Shown here: positions 61,303-64,000 of the stretch, piece after piece | Position numbering within the stretch: position 1 is the first letter of the stretch | Layout: the number at the start of each line of letters is the position of its first letter | Translations under genes and position numbers: made by a program | Origin: the human T2T-CHM13v2.0 reference genome, Homo sapiens | NCBI RefSeq assembly: GCF_009914755.1 | Contig: NC_060947.1 | Reading direction: 5' to 3' (one strand) | Length of the DNA stretch: 64,000 nt | The notes under the pieces: generated by a model | What the model saw: the letters and a program-made list of their open reading frames with translations, nothing else | The model's database searches: none | What the model was told of the DNA's origin: nothing

Positions 61303-61668
61303 TGACTTAGTCTCTTCAGGCGGCTATAACAGAATAGTATAGACTAGGTGGCTTTATAAACAACAGAAATTTATGTCTCACTGTTCTGGAGGCTGGAGGT
61401 CCAAGATCCAGGCACTGGCAGATTTGGTGTCTGGTGAGAGCCCACTTCCAGGTTCATAGATGGCTGTTTTCTTGCTGCGTCCTCAAATGGTAGAAGAGGC
61501 AAAGGAGCTTTCTGGAGTCTCTTTTATGAGGGCACTAATACATTCATAGGGGCTCCACCCTCATGACTAAATCACCTCCCAAAGACCCCACTTCCTAATA
61601 CCATCATACTGGGGGTTAGGATTTCAACATATGAATTTTAGGGAGACATAAACATTCAGTCCACAACA
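61303..61668 (-). mobile_element. MLT1 (ERVL-MaLR) solo LTR
   Basis: aaacaacagaaatttat...ttctggaggctggaggtccaagatc ... aacattcagtccacaaca. Confidence 0.85.
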
Positions 61669-62139
61669 GTGTTTGAGGACAGCTTTGAAACAGATTAGAA
61701 AATAACTTTGGAGGAATCTCAGTGAATAGTGTGTGTGATTCCTGGGTGCCCTGGCCTCCCTATCCCAAGTTACCTACAGAGAATTTCTCCAAGTTGATGT
61801 AGCCCTCCTGTTTCTTGAGGCCACTGGGTCAGAGTAGCTTTTGTGAAGTTTGACTACTCATTAAAAAGATGTGGGCAATCCTCAGTTCTTTAATACCCCA
61901 AGACAGAGGTTCACATAGTGCCCATTTGCCTGTTAACTTTTATAAGTCCTTTGTGCAAACTTCACTTGAGGGCTTTAAGTCCCTCTGACTCCCCTTTTCT
62001 GACTCACACCCTTACTGTTTGAGGTTGAGTGGTCCAGATTGGCAGAATGTCTGAAGGGAGGGAAGAGATGCAAATTGCCATTTTCTAAATAGTTGTCCTG
62101 TTCCAGAGACTTCGCAAAGTATATTATCTCTCTGTCTAC

Positions 62140-62657
62140 ACATATATACACACACACACACACACATTTATACATATATATACATATATATACATTATAT
62201 ATATAAAATATATATATAAAATGTATTACATATACGTACATATACATATACAAAGTATTATATACATTTTACAAATATATAAAATGTATAAATGTATATA
62301 TAAAATACATTGTATATATAAATAAATGTATATATAAAATACATTGTATATATAAATGTATATATAAAATAATATATAAATATATAACATAAATGTATAT
62401 ATAAAATATATATAAAATGTATTACATATACATACACAAAGTATTACATATACATTTTATATATATAATGTATTACATATACAAATACATACACAAAGTA
62501 TTACATGTACATATACATATATACATATATATACATATATATACACATATATACATATATACACATATATACACATATATATACGTATATATATACATAT
62601 ATATACGTATATATACACATATATATACATATATACATATATATACATATATACGTG

Positions 62658-62703
<46 letters not shown>
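62140..62703. repeat. ~560-bp TA/CA-rich complex microsatellite ending in pure (TA)n
   Basis: directly visible; explains the YI-rich spurious ORFs. Confidence 0.97.
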
Positions 62704-62705
<2 letters not shown>

Positions 62706-62955
62706 TAAGGAATGGTGCCATATTGAGGGCTCAGTGTTGGTCTGTGCTGCTGGCAAATTGGGCACTCAGCAGGGGCTGTAGCCAGGTCAGCCTTGGTGAG
62801 TGGAAGTCCATGTTGCTGAACCCATGTGTAACCTCTATCCCTGCCACCATGGCCACTTTGTTCATGGGCCCATTGGGTGATGACACGGGTGGCTGAGGAA
62901 AAAGGCTGAGTGGTGTCCACAGAATGGGTCATCCTATCTACTTGATTATTAATCA
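62704..62955 (-). mobile_element. HERV-L internal pol fragment (integrase N-terminal HHCC zinc finger)
   Basis: ORF 62705..62968: NNQVDRMT...[13 protein letters not shown]...[20 protein letters not shown]. Confidence 0.85.
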
Positions 62956-63407
62956 AGAATACACACAATATTTCTGTGAGGTAGAGACTGTTATTTCTGT
63001 TTTACATGCAGTGAAACTAAGAGCTAAAATTAAGAGAGATTAAAAAGTTATTTCTTCAAGGTGATTCTGTTAGAAAGTGGTGAAGCCAAGAGTCGATCCC
63101 AATTTGATCATCTCTACCTACCACCTTCCATTGCTCCCCCAGGGCCCTCCTGCCCAGTGGGAAGCTGAGAGAGCTCTAGGTGTGGGAGGATATGGCCAGG
63201 ATGACACTCTGGCCTTCAAATTTTGCCTGCTTAGAGAGAAGGAGATGTTGGTTCCTTGCACTTGGGTATAGGTTTCCACCTGGAGATCCATAGCATTAGC
63301 CCTGTCTCTGCAGGTGGTTGGTCAGCCTGCCTTTTCACTCCAGGTCTCACTGGAGACCTTTGTTTAGTCCCCAGATCATTTCTAGAGCTTTTTACATCTA
63401 TTGTATA

Positions 63408-63665
63408 TCTTTTTTTAAAAAATTTTGTTCCAGATTCAGGAGGTACATGTGTTTGTTTGTTACATGGCTATTACATGTGTAATGGTGTGGATTGGGCTTC
63501 TAGTATACCTGTCGCCCAAATATTGAGCATTGTACCCCAATGGATGATGATTAGATAAATAAAATGTGTTATATACACCATGGAATACTATGTGGCCATA
63601 AAAAGTAATGAAATCATGTCCTCTGAAGCAACATGGATGGAGCTGGAGGCCATTATCCTAAGTGT
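63408..63665. mobile_element. Short primate L1 with 5' inversion
   Basis: reverse L1 3' terminus 63408-63540 joined to forward L1 3' region 63540-63665. Confidence 0.75.
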
Positions 63666-63717
63666 ACTATATCTCTTATAAGCACTCTCAGAAATGATGC
63701 AGCTTGTGGCAGCTTGT

Positions 63718-64000
63718 GGCCAGGCGCAGTGGCTCACACTTGTAATCCCAGCACTTTAGGAGGCCAAGGCAGGTGGATCGCCTGAGCTCAGGAGTTCGAG
63801 ACCAGCCTGGGCAACATGGTGAAATGCCGTCTATACCAAAAATACAAAAAATTCGCTGGATGTGGTGGCGCATGCCTATAGACCCAGCTACTTGGAAGGC
63901 TGGGATGGGGATCGCTTCCAAGCAGATCGCTTGAGCCCAGGAGGTCAAGGCTGCAGTGAGCCAAGATTGTGCCACTGCACTCCAGCCTGGGAGACAGATT
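63718..64000 (+). mobile_element. Alu (J-like), runs off the window
   Basis: ggccaggcgcagtggctcac...ccactgcactccagcctggg. Confidence 0.93.

Noticed and set aside
62417-62896. Tyr/Ile-rich ORFs on both strands
   Set aside because: Translations of the TA microsatellite

Overview
This is a primate, almost certainly human, euchromatic window at the X-linked PSMD10/ATG4A locus; no prokaryotic features, CRISPR arrays, rRNA or tRNA genes were found. It holds the complete 5-exon PSMD10 (gankyrin) gene on the minus strand (exons sum to 681 nt, 226 aa). Coding exons 1-9 of the autophagy cysteine protease ATG4A lie on the plus strand (271 codons, including catalytic Cys77); its 3' exons lie beyond the window. 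The genes are head-to-head on one CpG island, with 306 bp between their start codons. The first ~780 bp are probably the 3' end of the convergent neighbour VSIG1 (recalled synteny). The 34-kb ATG4A intron 1 is mostly antisense L1, Alu, LTR and hAT relics, including a nested L1 stack with visible target-site duplications (TSDs). I see no new multi-gene system. The best leads are regulatory or retrotransposition oddities: an overlapping out-of-frame uORF on ATG4A, a candidate 83-nt exon that is either a poison exon or an alternative start, a divergent ZNF143-motif pair, an L1 with a possible 3' transduction, a possible solo poly(A) insertion, and an LTR-less HERV-L integrase fragment fused to a 560-bp TA tract. 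Repeat subfamily names and boundaries were called by eye and are approximate.
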